Source of the DNA: Neoconidiobolus thromboides FSU 785
Taxonomy: Eukaryota; Fungi; Entomophthoromycota
Reading direction: 5' to 3'
Length of the DNA stretch: 64,000 nt
NCBI GenBank assembly: GCA_025603075.1
Contig: MU626291.1
Coordinates: 62,001 to 126,000, forward strand
Shown: positions 11,640-24,766 of the stretch, piece after piece
Numbering within the stretch: the first letter of the stretch is position 1
Layout: every line of letters starts with the position of its first letter
Program-made: the position numbers and the translations under genes
Notes under the pieces: model-generated
What the model saw: the letters and a program-made list of their open reading frames with translations, nothing else
The model's database searches: none
Told to the model about the DNA's origin: nothing

Positions 11640-13137
11640 AATGCTATTTATTCAGTGATAAGATTGGTGGCGGATTAGTGAAGTAAAAAGACTGGTGGTT
11701 TCTTGTATAAGTAAAGGTTTTTACAATGTTTTTATATTTCATTTTATTAAGTTTTTAATGCACGTTGGTTTTCGAATGTCTGTTTGCTTATTTTGGGCTC
11801 AACTCACTCTTCCCCTGACCAAGATTAATTCATTTTTTTTAATGCTGTAACGGAATTTTTTATATTAAATTCTGGCTGCTATTTTTAGCTTTTGGTAGCT
11901 TAAAATGATTTTTAAAAGCCTTTGTAGGGGCTGATTTAGAAAACTAGGTCTAAATAAGGGATAGGCAAATTCATTATGAAATAAAATATATTTTTACAAA
12001 CAACTCATATTTCTAATAAAATGGTAAGTGGAATGTAATGAACACCATATCCCCAGTATTGAAAAAATCTATAAAAAGGGTATAGTTTTATAATTTCGGT
12101 ATTCACAATCTTTAAAGAATTACTAATTAAGTTCTCATTTCACCATTAATGAAATAAATATAAAAACCAATTCAGCTGATTGAAAAAAGGGTATTTGTTC
12201 ATCATGATAAGTATATGAATTGGAATAACATGTAAAACGCTAAATTAGGACGCACATAAAATTCTAGATTTTCAACTTTAATATTGAGTTTCAGATTTGT
12301 GTATTTTATTATTTTATTTCATATAAATAGTTATTGTAATATGAAGTTATGATCTTGAAATGTTGATATGAATTAATTTATAGAAAAAAGTGGTGAAATG
12401 TTATAAAAGTAACTATCCTCATTGCTGAGGTGTTAATATTGGGAACATAGTTTTAGAATAAATCATAGCCTTAATATAGTATTCGTATTAAAATCATTTA
12501 ATGAAAAATTATTAACTTGAACTATTAATAAAATATGATTATATGTTATCAAGTTTGACTTAGTCTAATTAAAAAGTGGAATGGTAATTTTACCATATAA
12601 ACCTATGTTAAATGGTAGCTTTTCTATTTCTAACTAAATTTATCCTAATGATTTTTAGTAACAACCCCATTCAATTGTTACAAGCATAGCTAAGTCAAAA
12701 TATAATATTCAATCAATAAACAGAACATTAAAGGGATGGCAAAGCACTTGAGTATAGTATATATTATTGTATTGGGGTAAATTATAGAACCTTTGTTGAT
12801 TAATGTAATAATTATATCGCATTTATAGTAATTTACTGCCGAACTTTGAGTTTATTAAGGCGAGTTATAATTAGTCACATTTAAACGAAGCTTCTTAAAT
12901 TTATCCATAGCTAAATAAACAAGTTGCCTTAATAAAATACTCCTAAACTAACCACATTAGTTTGCTCCATTTTATTTATTCTTCTTACTTTACGTCATTC
13001 TCCTTTTTTCCCCGTAAAAATTATGCCTGGATAATTTCTAGCATTTTAATGACCGATAATGCGTTTTAAAAAACTATATAAAGCAATGTAGATAGGAATC
13101 ATAAATTATTTTTTTACAAAATCTAATTAATTTTTAG

Positions 13138-14493
13138 ATGGTGGCCATTCTTAGGAAGTATCAACCAAGTGAACTCAATGTAATGAAGCCTAATAAACAA
13201 AAAACTTTATTAGATTTACCATTGGAACTGTTGGTGATGATATTAAATCATGTTGATAATTCGGATTTATTAGGTATGATATTAATGAATAAATCAATTT
13301 ATAATCAGTTTTTGCCTTTCATTTATTCCTCTTTTAAAATCCCAAATAAACAGTTTGATCTATCATTGATGGATAAGTATGCCAAGTATATTAATGAGAT
13401 TGAAATTAGTAGTACGAGTTATAATCAGGAGATAAATCTTTATTTATCTAAGATGATCCAACAAGATAAGGTATATTCTATAAAATGCAAAGACATATGC
13501 TTCTATTCTTTGATAAATCATCCACAAAGACAACAATTTAAATTTAAACATATTGATTTTGGTAAAGGAACGGCTTCGATGGATTTATTTTACTCTCATT
13601 TTAGCTTATTAAATCAAACACAAATATTAAATAACCTTAAAACAATACATTTGGAAATTAACGATGAACTAAATGTTCAACTATTTGATCTATTACCTCA
13701 TTCTATACAATCCATAGCCATCAACTCATCTATTGAAATAGATAATGGCTTACTAATGACAGAACTAACAAAATTGGATTTTATTACAAACTTATCCATT
13801 GAATTAAGCGAAGCAGATAGTAGTGAGTTTCAGTCGTTATTTGAAATTGGGTTTCCTTCATTAAAGTATTTAAAAATAATATGTGAATCAAATTCAAACC
13901 ACTCCAATTCAGTTAATGAAATAAGAATCAAATCAAATGGATTTCCAGTTCTGAAGTCATTAATTTTAAATATCCCAAATTCTAGTGTTATCATTGAAGA
14001 TCAAATGAACCATTTAAATGAGTTACAAATAGTCAAATATTCATTCAATGATCTTTCATTTAATCCCACTTTATTTCCAAGTTTGAAGTCGATACAATTA
14101 AACAGCAAAATTAACTTTCAAACATTTTATTATTATAATCTCACTTTATTAAATAATAATAGCTCCAATTTGAACTTATTAAAGAAATTAAGCTTATCAA
14201 GCGCCATTATCGATCCATACTTTATTGATTTTTTAACCCAACGCTGTACTAGCCTTGAAGAGCTCGAATTGATCTTCTGCAATAGCATTGTCACTAAGAA
14301 ATATAACTTGAGCATAAAAAAATTGATCTTCAAACTAAATAAGGACAATTTTGATTTTCTAATAAATTTACTTCTTTCATGTACTCAACTCCAATATCTA
14401 ACCTTATACACAGGTTGGAACACTTTTGATCAAAATAGTAATCAGATCCGACTCCAATTTCCTAACTTGACCTTAGAGCATAAGCGTTTCTAA
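13138..14493 (+). CDS. F-box protein with degenerate LRR-like C-terminus
   Basis: LLDLPLELLVMILNHV F-box motif followed by LxxLxL repeats (FPSLKYLKI, FPVLKSLIL, FPSLKSIQL). The start codon is uncertain because it follows an acceptor-like TTTTTAG. Confidence 0.8.
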   Translation: MVAILRKYQPSELNVMKPNKQKTLLDLPLELLVMILNHVDNSDLLGMILMNKSIYNQFLPFIYSSFKIPNKQFDLSLMDKYAKYINEIEISSTSYNQEINLYLSKMIQQDKVYSIKCKDICFYSLINHPQRQQFKFKHIDFGKGTASMDLFYSHFSLLNQTQILNNLKTIHLEINDELNVQLFDLLPHSIQSIAINSSIEIDNGLLMTELTKLDFITNLSIELSEADSSEFQSLFEIGFPSLKYLKIICESNSNHSNSVNEIRIKSNGFPVLKSLILNIPNSSVIIEDQMNHLNELQIVKYSFNDLSFNPTLFPSLKSIQLNSKINFQTFYYYNLTLLNNNSSNLNLLKKLSLSSAIIDPYFIDFLTQRCTSLEELELIFCNSIVTKKYNLSIKKLIFKLNKDNFDFLINLLLSCTQLQYLTLYTGWNTFDQNSNQIRLQFPNLTLEHKRF

Positions 14494-14711
14494 GTGGTTA
14501 TATCATACCTATTACTCATTACCCCATTTTGATTCTTATTTATGTTCTTTTTATTACAATAAATATATTTTATAACTAACAATTATTAATCCATCTACAT
14601 TAATAAGTATATCCTTTAAGATATTTTAACAACCCAAAACAAATCTACAATAACTACTTCATGTTACTAATTAATTTCGTTTTGCTAATACTAAATAACT
14701 AACTAACTAAA

Positions 14712-14779
14712 TAGCTGACCTTTTTTAATTTTAAGCAAATTTAGCTGACCTTTTTTAATTTTAAGCAAATTTAGCTGAC
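14712..14779. repeat. 30-bp tandem direct repeat, ~2.3 units
   Basis: TAGCTGACCTTTTTTAATTTTAAGCAAATT twice, then TAGCTGAC. Confidence 0.9.
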
Positions 14780-15752
14780 TTTTGCTTCACTACTATATCT
14801 CATGCTATTTCTAAGTTTTAAATCTATACTTTTGTTATTGCCCTTTATAACTTTCACATTCTACAAGAAATATTATAAAAAAACAAATCCTGTCTCAATA
14901 ATAACTTACAATTTTGTCCTACTTTATTAAACTTAAAACTCAACTTTAAATTCACTTGTATTACTCATCACACATCTTAATTAATTTATATAAAATAATG
15001 TTGCTTCTGATACCATAAACAATACTACAATCGATCTATAATTATGTTATTGTTTATTATCCTTCTTAAGCCAAATTTATCGTATTTTAAAGTGATATTA
15101 CCAAGTACAAGTAGCTTTATTATTACCCATTATCTACCCCTTAATGTCAAAACTTTGAATATTAAAAGGCTGTTTAATAACTTAATCACATGACTAGGCT
15201 AATGGTGAATCGAGCAATAATTTATTTAGTATAAGCCTTGTTTACCGGGTGATAGGGAACAATCTAAATTATTGAAACTTAAATGGATTAAATTGAATAC
15301 AAAGGCAGTTCAAATGCCAACTGCTTTTTACTTTTAGCTATATTTAAAGTTGATAGAATATAACTAAAGTTAAATGTTAGAATAATTTTGTATAAAAAAA
15401 ATTCTTTGTTTGAATTCTATCTATACTATCCATCATCCTTAATATGACTATTTACTACCTTTAATAATGCCCCAAAAAAGCATCTCTTTTATTGACACCT
15501 GTGTAAAGAGACTTAATAACTAATCTTACCATTGACGAAAATCAAGCCTAAAAACAGAATCAAGATAAAAAACAAACTTGATTGAAAATATAGCATATCA
15601 TAGAGACTTTGTTTAATCAAAAAGGGCTAAAGAATATTAAAAAAAATGTAAAAAAATTCAAATAAAAGAACATGGTATGGCGCGGTGATACTTAATAAAG
15701 TACCACAATTAGAACGATAACTTAATAGGAAAGGCTATAAAGCAAGTCAATG

Positions 15753-16202
15753 CTAATCAGAATTGATCCCTTCTGGCGTCTTGAGTACTACTTTCACCGA
15801 ATTTTCATGTCTTTGTTTAATGATCTGCGCCAATTTACCGCGTGAATAATCTTCCCAATGTGCCACAATGCTCGCATTATCTCCTACTTTATAGCTCACG
15901 CTGTATGGGTCCACCCATACTACAAACTCCCTAGGTAAAGCAACACTAAGCTGGTCTAAATTAATCCCTGCTTTCTCAGCTGTGTTCAACAAAATTGGGT
16001 CCACTTCCCCATTAAACACAGTTAAAGAACGAAACCCATTTCCTTGGTATGGGTTCTCGGGTGTCCAATGGTTCTGATACTTATGATACAATGTGTCTAA
16101 GAATATTTGACGCCAAAGTTGAATTTGAGCTGGCGTCAAGTTGATGCCTGGGGATATAAATCTTAGGATACAATCAAACGCTTGTAAAATTTCAAATTCC
16201 AT
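15753..16202 (-). CDS. BTG/Tob (antiproliferative) domain protein
   Basis: Box A-like YQNHWTPENPYQGNGFRSL and box B-like LPREFVVWVDPYSVSYKVGD. Confidence 0.88.
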   Translation of the reverse strand: MEFEILQAFDCILRFISPGINLTPAQIQLWRQIFLDTLYHKYQNHWTPENPYQGNGFRSLTVFNGEVDPILLNTAEKAGINLDQLSVALPREFVVWVDPYSVSYKVGDNASIVAHWEDYSRGKLAQIIKQRHENSVKVVLKTPEGINSD

Positions 16203-16858
16203 TGGGGTATAGTTCTCTTTACAATAACAAAGTTAAATCATTGTTTTTATAAAAAGTTATAGTTTTTTAGTTTCAGCTCAGTTTATAACTAATAATTTTA
16301 TTATAAAAATAGGAATAAATTTATTACCCATTTTTGGCGTCTAATTCCTAGCAAGCTTTGTTAATCAACTTTGTTTTTAATGGCTTATGTTTCGATTACC
16401 TTCAGTAACAGTCAATAATTTAAGTAAAAAGATAATGTTTAATTCTGTATTGTTGAGAGCTTTTGTTACTGTGTCATTGATTTAGCCATTCATTCGTTTG
16501 TGATTTTTATTTTTAGCAAATAAAAGCCTGATTTCAAAGCTAAAATGTGACCTATTGGCCATTATGATGGGGCTGTTGGACTTCATTGACCAATAAAGTA
16601 CAGCCTTTTAAATCGGGTTTACTAATATTGAACAAATAACAAAAAGCATAAATTTTGTGACTTAAGGTATATCTAGGCTTTGCTATAAAGCTAAACTAAG
16701 CGGAGCTGAGGTTTATTAAGAATAGGTAGGGTAACCGATTGTTAAAGCGGATTTAAATAATAAAAATAAAAGGCAACTATAAAAATTAAAAACTATGTTG
16801 AAAGATATTTTAATTTGAATCAATCTTGAGTATATATAAAAATTTTATTTGATCGAAA

Positions 16859-16952
16859 GGGGAGCATTTTTTTGGTTTCATTACTTTTACTATCTTTTAA
16901 AGCACTGTTTGACCAGAAAGATTGCCAATAAAATTCAAGAAAGTACATCTCT
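16859..16952 (+). mobile_element. Degenerate MITE copy with internal deletion
   Basis: GGGGAGCATTTTTTTGGTTTCATTACTTTT...AAAGCACTGTTTGA...TACATCTCT; TSD not clear. Confidence 0.7.
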
Positions 16953-17218
16953 AAATGATAGTGTTTTGGACAGCTTTCTTATTCTCAAAGACCATAACTT
17001 GTGAAAAAGATTTACAAATAATGGCTAACAAGGGATAAAATTATCCTAAATTTACCAATTATAAATTAGTGTTGAGGTCACACTTTGAGGAATAATTCAA
17101 TATGAAATATTAACTTGCTTTTAACAAATTCAACATTATTAGTCTTTTAACTTTATCATTAGAAGTAAAGTAAAAAACATATCATATTGGATACAAATAA
17201 CAATAAGAGTTTGTCAAA

Positions 17219-17870
17219 ATGAGTAGAAAGGTTAAACAATTACTGTTGTTAGCATATAATCGAGGTATGCTAATAAAAGTAGCATCTGAGCAGTTATATG
17301 TTGAATATAAAATACCAGAGATGATCATAGAGCAGGAAAGAGTAAATGCTAATGGTGATATAAAAGTAGAAGGATTGGAAGATGTTATTGTTGCCTTTTC
17401 AGTCGATCAAAGAAGTAATGAAATAAGCCAAAAGAAAAAGCATAGTGATACAAAAATAACAGGAGAGATATTCGATGCAATTGAAAACCTTCTTAAAGGG
17501 GATGTTGATTATACTTTAAGTCAACTGTAAAAGACACTAAAAACAACTAAATACTAATTTGCTACTTTTTCAGTTACTAATGCATTAGGGCTATTAAAAA
17601 GCCCAATCAGAAAAAATAAAAGGATAGAATATCAAAAAGCAATTAATGAAGTTAAAAACTTTTTTGATCAAAACGAGAAGTATACTGCAAGAAAAATTCA
17701 AAAGAAGCTGCATGGAAAAAGAAATAATACATTATCAATAGCTTTGATATCTAAAATTGTGAAGTGTTCAGCTACTGAAGCTAAAACTAAAAGAAATAAA
17801 TTAAAAAAAGGTTTAGAAGCAGAACAAAACAAGTTAGTAAAAGTTCTGATATTTGATGAAAAGGCATAAA
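17219..17870 (+). pseudogene. Disrupted ORF with two HTH-like repeats, probable transposon relic
   Basis: One frame continues through two in-frame stops; segments KITGEIFDAIENLLKGDVDYTLSQL and NEVKNFFDQNEKYTARKIQKKL...LSIALISKIVK resemble Tc1/IS630-type HTH helices. No termini found. Confidence 0.35.
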
Positions 17871-19032
17871 GTAGCAGATTAACTGGAGAGTCTTTATGAT
17901 TGTCAAATTAATACTCAAATAAACGAAGGAGTTGACAAAAATCGATATTTCTAAGCTATTATCAAAATAAGCAAGCGGTTATTCCAATAGATTCAAACTA
18001 GGTTCAAAGTAACCATTTAAGTTATGAGCTTTATTATAATAACGAGTGTTGGGTAGTAGCTGATAAAGTGACGCAAAATCCACTATTTTTATTAGATTAT
18101 CTAAAGAAGTCAATGACCATCTCAATATTTAACCTAAATGACGCATAATATTGGTTTACATAAGCATTTTACAATAACAAGTTAAATGTAGAAGTAAACA
18201 AAAAAGTTGATAAAATTTTAGCACCTCAAACCTATGTTCATAATATACTAATGAATAACCAAAAATACAAGTTGAGCGGAAAGCAATCTTAAAGAAAGAA
18301 CCACGCTAACATAAAGAACCTGGCAAATTATATGCGATAAAAGTAAAATAAACAACTTTAGTAAATAGCCAAAAAATACTAATAAAGAATCTTTTGGTTG
18401 ATAAGGAACTACAAAGTACTAACTTAAGTGAACATCTTTATGTTCCTAAAGAATGTGGTAAAGTAAATAATGAGACCAAAGAAAAGCCGCCTTTATTAGC
18501 GGATAATAAAGAAATTTTGATAAAAGAAACATCAAAGCAGCCGGATGTTAAAAATGATAATTTATTAAGAATTGATAAACAGGGAAAAAGGGATTCAAAT
18601 AAAGATATGAAAGCAAATCACAAAGAACAAGAGGGCAGTATGTCCATAATTGAAAAAGCAATCATTGAGACTAGCCAGCAGAAAGATCATGATAATATGG
18701 TGAGAATTATTGAATAAAAAAGGAACAATTTAAACAAAAATGCAAAAATAATCTTGGAAAATCAAAGCAACAAACTATGTACAGCTGAACAGATACTAGG
18801 AAATCCAAGCTAGCATAAACAAAATAGTAGTATACTTATATCAAAGCAAATATTTAATTTGATTAAAAATACTATAATGTATACTTCAAAGTACAACTTA
18901 GATAGATTATATTATGTATACTCCAAGGTACAACCTAGATAATTTATATTATGTATTAAATAATAAAACAGATATTGATATTTTATTTTTTTATAAACTA
19001 TCAAAAAAGCTAGATAATTTTATCAAAAAAAT

Positions 19033-19128
19033 GAGGATGTTTTTGGCTTCATTACTTTTTCCATTTTTAAGCGCTATTTAAGTGGGAAACTTGTTAGTAA
19101 AATTCTTAAATACAAAAATATATCCTTC
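19033..19128 (+). mobile_element. MITE copy
   Basis: GAGGATGTTTTTGGCTTCATTAC...AAGCGCTATTTAAGTGG...AAAAATATATCCTTC; right TSD degraded. Confidence 0.85.
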
Positions 19129-20096
19129 ACTTTATGCTTTTGATACCAAATTTAAATTCTCAAGGTTACATCTTGCACATAATTTTTAATTTTTAATCAT
19201 GAATTCTCAACTGTTCAATTTACAGTGAAAACTATCAAATAAGATAAAGGGAGCACAAAGGTTATTGAGCAAAACGATGACGGTAAACAATAAAGCACTT
19301 AAAAAGATAATGGCAGCAAACCGAATTTTGACCAGAATAATAGTAATTTTGCAAATAACTAAAATATTGACACCAATAAAAGTATTTAGCATAATAAATA
19401 CAGAAAGCAAACCATTAATAAGCATCAAAACTATGTCAAGGTCAACAATGAACTAAAAAAATTATTACTACTGATAAATGTCAAGGGATGTCGATAAAAG
19501 AGACACTAAATCAATTATTTATTGAGTACGGTAATGCAAAGACAGTAATCGAAAAAGAAAGTGAAGTTATAAAATAAGAATAATAATGGAAAAAAAGTGG
19601 AAGAAAAAAGTCCAATGACGCTATTATACGTTAGCAGTACTTAGAGAAGTCAAGAAAGTTTATACAGAGAATCTAGCACTAAGTTGCAGCAGATACATAG
19701 TGAGCACTACCGAAGAGGTTGTATTAAAGTGATTTCGGATTCAATTCTTAGAGTGTTGAAGTCACTGGATATAATGTTTAAAAGAAATAAAATAAAAATA
19801 GGTATGAGGTTGGGATCAAAAACGAAAAGTATAGTAATGTAGTTATAACAGGAATTAAAGAAATTTGAAAGTTTTTTAGAAATAATAATAGTTATGCTTT
19901 AAAGCAAATATAGATACAAATAATACTAAATATGTAACTGGACATTAATCCATCTTTAGCCACTATACCTATGAAAAAGCAATGAATATTACCCCTTTAA
20001 ATAAAAACAAGTGGTAAATAATCTATTTAACTTTAGTTTTAGGTTTAAAAGTTTATTTAAAATATTTAACTTAACTTTAGAACAAAATGATAAAAT

Positions 20097-21507
20097 TTAA
20101 AGCTTAGGAGGAGCCAAACTCAATAAATCTGCTTTACGCTCAGCTTTTCTGAGGTCAGCAGACGCAGCAATAGCCTGTTCTTCTGGTGAAACTGGGACTA
20201 ATGGCTGCAATTTATTTAGCTGATGGTTTGAGCCATGCTGCATTGTAACAAAGGTAAAGAAACCATCATTAGTGAATTCTTCAACAGAACTACCAGGCTC
20301 CAGCTTTGTAACCATTACATAAACCTCCATACTTTTATTGAATACTTTGGTCACTAGACTACGTAAAATGATAATATCACCAACCCGACTTGGTTTCACA
20401 AATTGAATCGCATCGGAGCTAATATTTTTTTAAGTGTTTTTTTAATTGGAAATTAATTTATCTGGGCTTACCTCGCTGACATTACAACCCCTTTTGCATG
20501 CCTTGTGGCCGATACTGAAGCGCAAGATTCCATCCAGTTCATAATTTGACCACCAAATAAAGTATCTATATTGTTTGCTTGGGAAGGCAAGATAGTATGT
20601 GCAGACTCTGCGTAAGTAGAGCTCGCCTTTGCAGTTGAGGACTAAACAAAAACATAAATCAATATGTAAATAAAGTAAAAGCTAGTCACTTACTAATAAA
20701 TAAGATCTAAAATTTTCTAATTCTTGGGAATATTTGGCAGTTTTTCTAAGTTGCATTCTTTTATTACGCCTCACTTCTGCCTGCTCATAAAGCTGTGTTT
20801 GAAACGAAGTCTCTGGATATAGCTTTGGTAATCGTAATACGTTGTTTTCATCCCTTGGCCCATTGACCAATACAAAAGTTAATAATGAAGAGCAGCCTAT
20901 GTACTTATTAATTAAATTATTTTAAAAGTTAAATTGAAGTTACAAAACCTTGGACCTAAGCCATTGAGGTCATCCACTTCTACAGTTACTTGAACTTCAA
21001 TTGAAGTTTTCCAGCTTCTATTTATTTGGCCTTTAAATATGATAATGGAACCAACCTTTATTGGGGACATGAAATGGACTGCGTCCATACTACGTGTTGG
21101 CTAATTGAAATAGAAGGATTAAGATTGAATTTAATTTAATCAAATACTTGAGTTTACACAAATTATAGCACCTCCCAGTTTACGAATAGCATGAGTGGCC
21201 ACCAAATCGATACTAGATAATATGGAACCTCCTTTTATATAGCCATTGATGGAATCAAACCCTGAGTTGGCCATATTCATTGAAGTTACTCTTAATTTCA
21301 AGTTAAATGTTAGTATACTTAAATTATAATAGCAAATTACTGAGTGGAAGTGATACTCTTTGGTTCAAAATACTTTTGAATTAAGCTTAAGCTCATGGTA
21401 TTATTAAGTATCTCTTGATTTCTTTGTGTAGACATGGTGACACGATTTAATAGAGTTGGTCGTAAAAGCGATTTTATTGATTTAATAAAGGGTTTTATAC
21501 GTTGCAT
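20097..21507 (-). CDS. Acyl-CoA thioesterase with two HotDog domains (multi-exon, possible mitochondrial presequence)
   Basis: GGSILSSID, SMDAVHFMSPIKVGS, ANNIDTLFGGQIMNWME, SSDAIQFVKPSRVGD; first intron 21291-21340 joins TQ|VTSMNMA. Confidence 0.85.
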
Positions 21508-22000
21508 TAATATTATTAAAAATTCTAATTTTAGTTGGTCTTTTCGGTATCTTTTTCCTTTTCGTATCAACTTAATTTTTTACGTGTTTATTATTTGCGG
21601 ATTTCAATTATAATAAGTGTAAAATAGTAGAGACACATTCGACTTCTAATTAGTACATTTTATTAAAAAATAAGGATTACCAATTAAGTTTATAAATAGT
21701 ATGAATTTAAATATTTAATTGGCTATCACTATTTTTACAATTATGAGAATTCTAGCGATTGAAAAAATTAAAGTGCCCATTATTTAGTACTTAGCTATGT
21801 TAAGTGTATATTCTATTTATCAAAGAATAATTCAAGAAGCTATAAGCGTTGATTATTAATTAATATATTTTCAGTAAACTATTAATATCGCTATAGTAAT
21901 AATGCCGTATTTCTTGATATTTTAAAGTATTAGTATATCAACCATTACTAAATGTAGCAAAAAAAACTAAAAACTGAATTTATACTTTGAATTTGTTTAT

Positions 22001-22092
22001 AGGGAGTATTTTTTGGTTTCATTATTTTCTATTTTTTTAAACGCTATTTGAGTGAAAAAACTGTTGATGAAACTCTTATAAAATACATTCCC
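22001..22092 (+). mobile_element. Degenerate MITE copy
   Basis: AGGGAGTATTTTTTGGTTTCATT...AACGCTATTTGAGTGAAAA...AATACATTCCC, between the divergent thioesterase and CDC7 genes. Confidence 0.8.
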
Positions 22093-22374
22093 AATAACTA
22101 TTCAAAGTATAAATTCAAAATTTTACTCAATTAGTTACTTTGACTTACACTTTGGCAAAAGTTGCGAAAAATACACCAGTTAAAGTGAACTAGACCAAGT
22201 ATTATAAATTTATATAAAAATAAATTCTTTGATGCCATATGTTAGTTTAGATTTAAAAAATATTGGATTTTGTTCCCTTTTTATAAATAGAACATCAATT
22301 TAGTCGTAACTAAGTTTAATAAAAAAGATAGCCAATATTTCTTTTTAAAATTATAGTAGAAACAAAAAACATAT

Positions 22375-24410
22375 ATGGAAGGAAGAAAGCAAAAAAAACA
22401 GGATCTAGGCAAGAACTACGTTTTTTCAGTATCAAAAAATGCATCTCAAAGTAAAGAAAAAGGTATTTGAGTCCAATATCGCTAAAACATTAATAACAAA
22501 TATTATTTAGTGCCAAAACATGTAGCTAAACCATCTCTTCCATATCAACCAAACGCTAATTACCCACCATTAGAAAAACCAAGGCAAGAAGTGGGAAAAA
22601 TACCAATGCCAATAGGTTATCAGCCATTAAGTCATGAGTTAGCAAGGAAAAATAGAGGTCCAACCATGAAAATGGAAGAACCGTCTCCTTTAACGTTTAT
22701 CCAAAAGAGCAGAGGCCCAATAGTAAAAATGGAAGAGCCACCAGCCTTAAAGTTTATCCATGAGAATGGAGAAACACAAACGGCAATGAACATAGCTCGT
22801 TACACACATACCATAAGTTTTGATCAAGCACAGAAGAGCAGCAAAATAAAGTCTGGATTGCTTCCTGTCCAGCCAATGCCTCACCATTTTTCAGTTCCAG
22901 AAACATATTTAAAACATTTAAAACAAAAGTTTCCAATTAATCCAGTGCATAAAAAAGAAGTGGAACAGATATCTAGAATGTTTAGTCATCTAAGTCAGGA
23001 CTATTATATCTATGATAAGATCGGGGAGGGTACATTCAGTTCAGTTTACAAAGGAGTGGATATCAAGTTTGATTTATATGATAATTCAAGTTGGGATTTA
23101 TTTGATGATGCGGATGATGAGGAAGAAGAATTTAACTTTAAAAAGGTACCTCAACCACCACCAAATTTAGTCTGGGATTTACCAAACTCAAACGATCATC
23201 CAGTATATGTCAACCCTAATTCTTTAACTAGAAGTAAAGGCTCAGCTAAGTATAAGTTAGTAGCAATCAAAAAGATTTATGTTACTTCTAGTTGTTCTAG
23301 AATTGAAAATGAGATTGAGTTGTTATCTATATTAAGGTAAGACACAAAATCGTAAACTTTTGTCGTTATTTATTTATTAATTTATAGTGGCCACCCAAAT
23401 GTAGTTTCTTTAATTACTGCTTTACGGCATGAGGATCAAATTATAGCAATAACTCCTTACTACCGCCACCATGATTTTAGAGTAAGTTCAGTTTAACATT
23501 ATATAAATTATAAGAACAAATTCATAAACTAACTTTAGGACACCTTTTTACTATTTTCATTTCAAGATATGCAAAGTTACTTACGTTGTTTATTACGAGG
23601 TTTACTTCGATGCCATCAACTAAAGATTATTCATCGAGATGTTAAACCTTCCAATTTCTTATATCATATGACCAAACGTAGAGGTCAATTAGCAGATTTT
23701 GGCTTGGCCCAAAGGATTGAAAATACTAATAGAGAAGAAAGATTGGATTTTGATAAATTAAGAGAAGAAGCACCCAAATCTAATGACCCTAATTTACACA
23801 AAAATCCAAACGGGGCCTATGGTTCATTTATGAATGATAAGGGGATACCAGGAGTAGTTAAAAATGATCATCGCCCTTCGATTAGAGCGAATCGAGCTGG
23901 TACCCGTGGATTTAGAGCACCTGAAGTGCTTTTTAAGGTGGTTAATCAGACTTCAGGTAAGTTTTAGTTTAATTTGACATTTAAATTGAAATTAAAATAA
24001 CTTTTTTAGCCATTGATATTTGGTCAGCTGGAGTGATCTTACTTTGTATGCTAACTAGAAAATTTCCATTTTTTAATTCACCTACCGATCATGATGCCTT
24101 AATTGAAATCGGAATTATTTATGGAAAAAAGAGAATGCAGGAAGTAGCTAAAATATTTAGTAAGTATCATTTACATTATTTGATTAACATTTATTGACTG
24201 TTTTATTTAGATAGAACATTTGATACTAATGTACCATCTGTTACTGAGGATGGTATGACTTTTGAAGAATTAATCCATTTCAACAACCCAGGTGAATATA
24301 ATATCATACCTTATCAAGCCATCGATCTATTGAAACGATTATTGATGTTGAATCCAGCAGAACGGATTTCTGCTGAACATGCCCTTCAGCATCCTTTCTT
24401 ATCAGAATGA
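22375..24410 (+). CDS. CDC7: Cell division control protein 7 kinase (multi-exon)
   Basis: IGEGTFSSVYK, VAIKKIYVTSSCSRIENE, IIHRDVKPSNFL, LADFGLAQ, RANRAGTRGFRAPEVL; first intron 22463-22510. Confidence 0.93.
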
Positions 24411-24766
24411 AAATTGCTGCTGTGATGAAGGTGTGTTCATTTTAAAGTGTGTTTATTAGTGTTTTTTCAAAATCAAATTAAGGACATTGACTGATTAAAA
24501 TTTTTTAATTTTATTATTACTTATTTGTTGTTTTATTTTTATCAACTGAAGAGAACTATTATTAAGATTGATTTGATTAAATTATACAAATTAAAGAGAA
24601 ATCCATTAAAAAACTCAAGTACTAGCAATACTAATAATAATCAATTTATTTTTGTTTCTATGTGAAAAAGGTAGATAAAGTCAAAAAGCTTCAGTTAATT
24701 ACAACTACAACTTGCGATAAAGATAAATAGCAGAATGACATGTTCCTCAATATAATCTAAGGGTTC

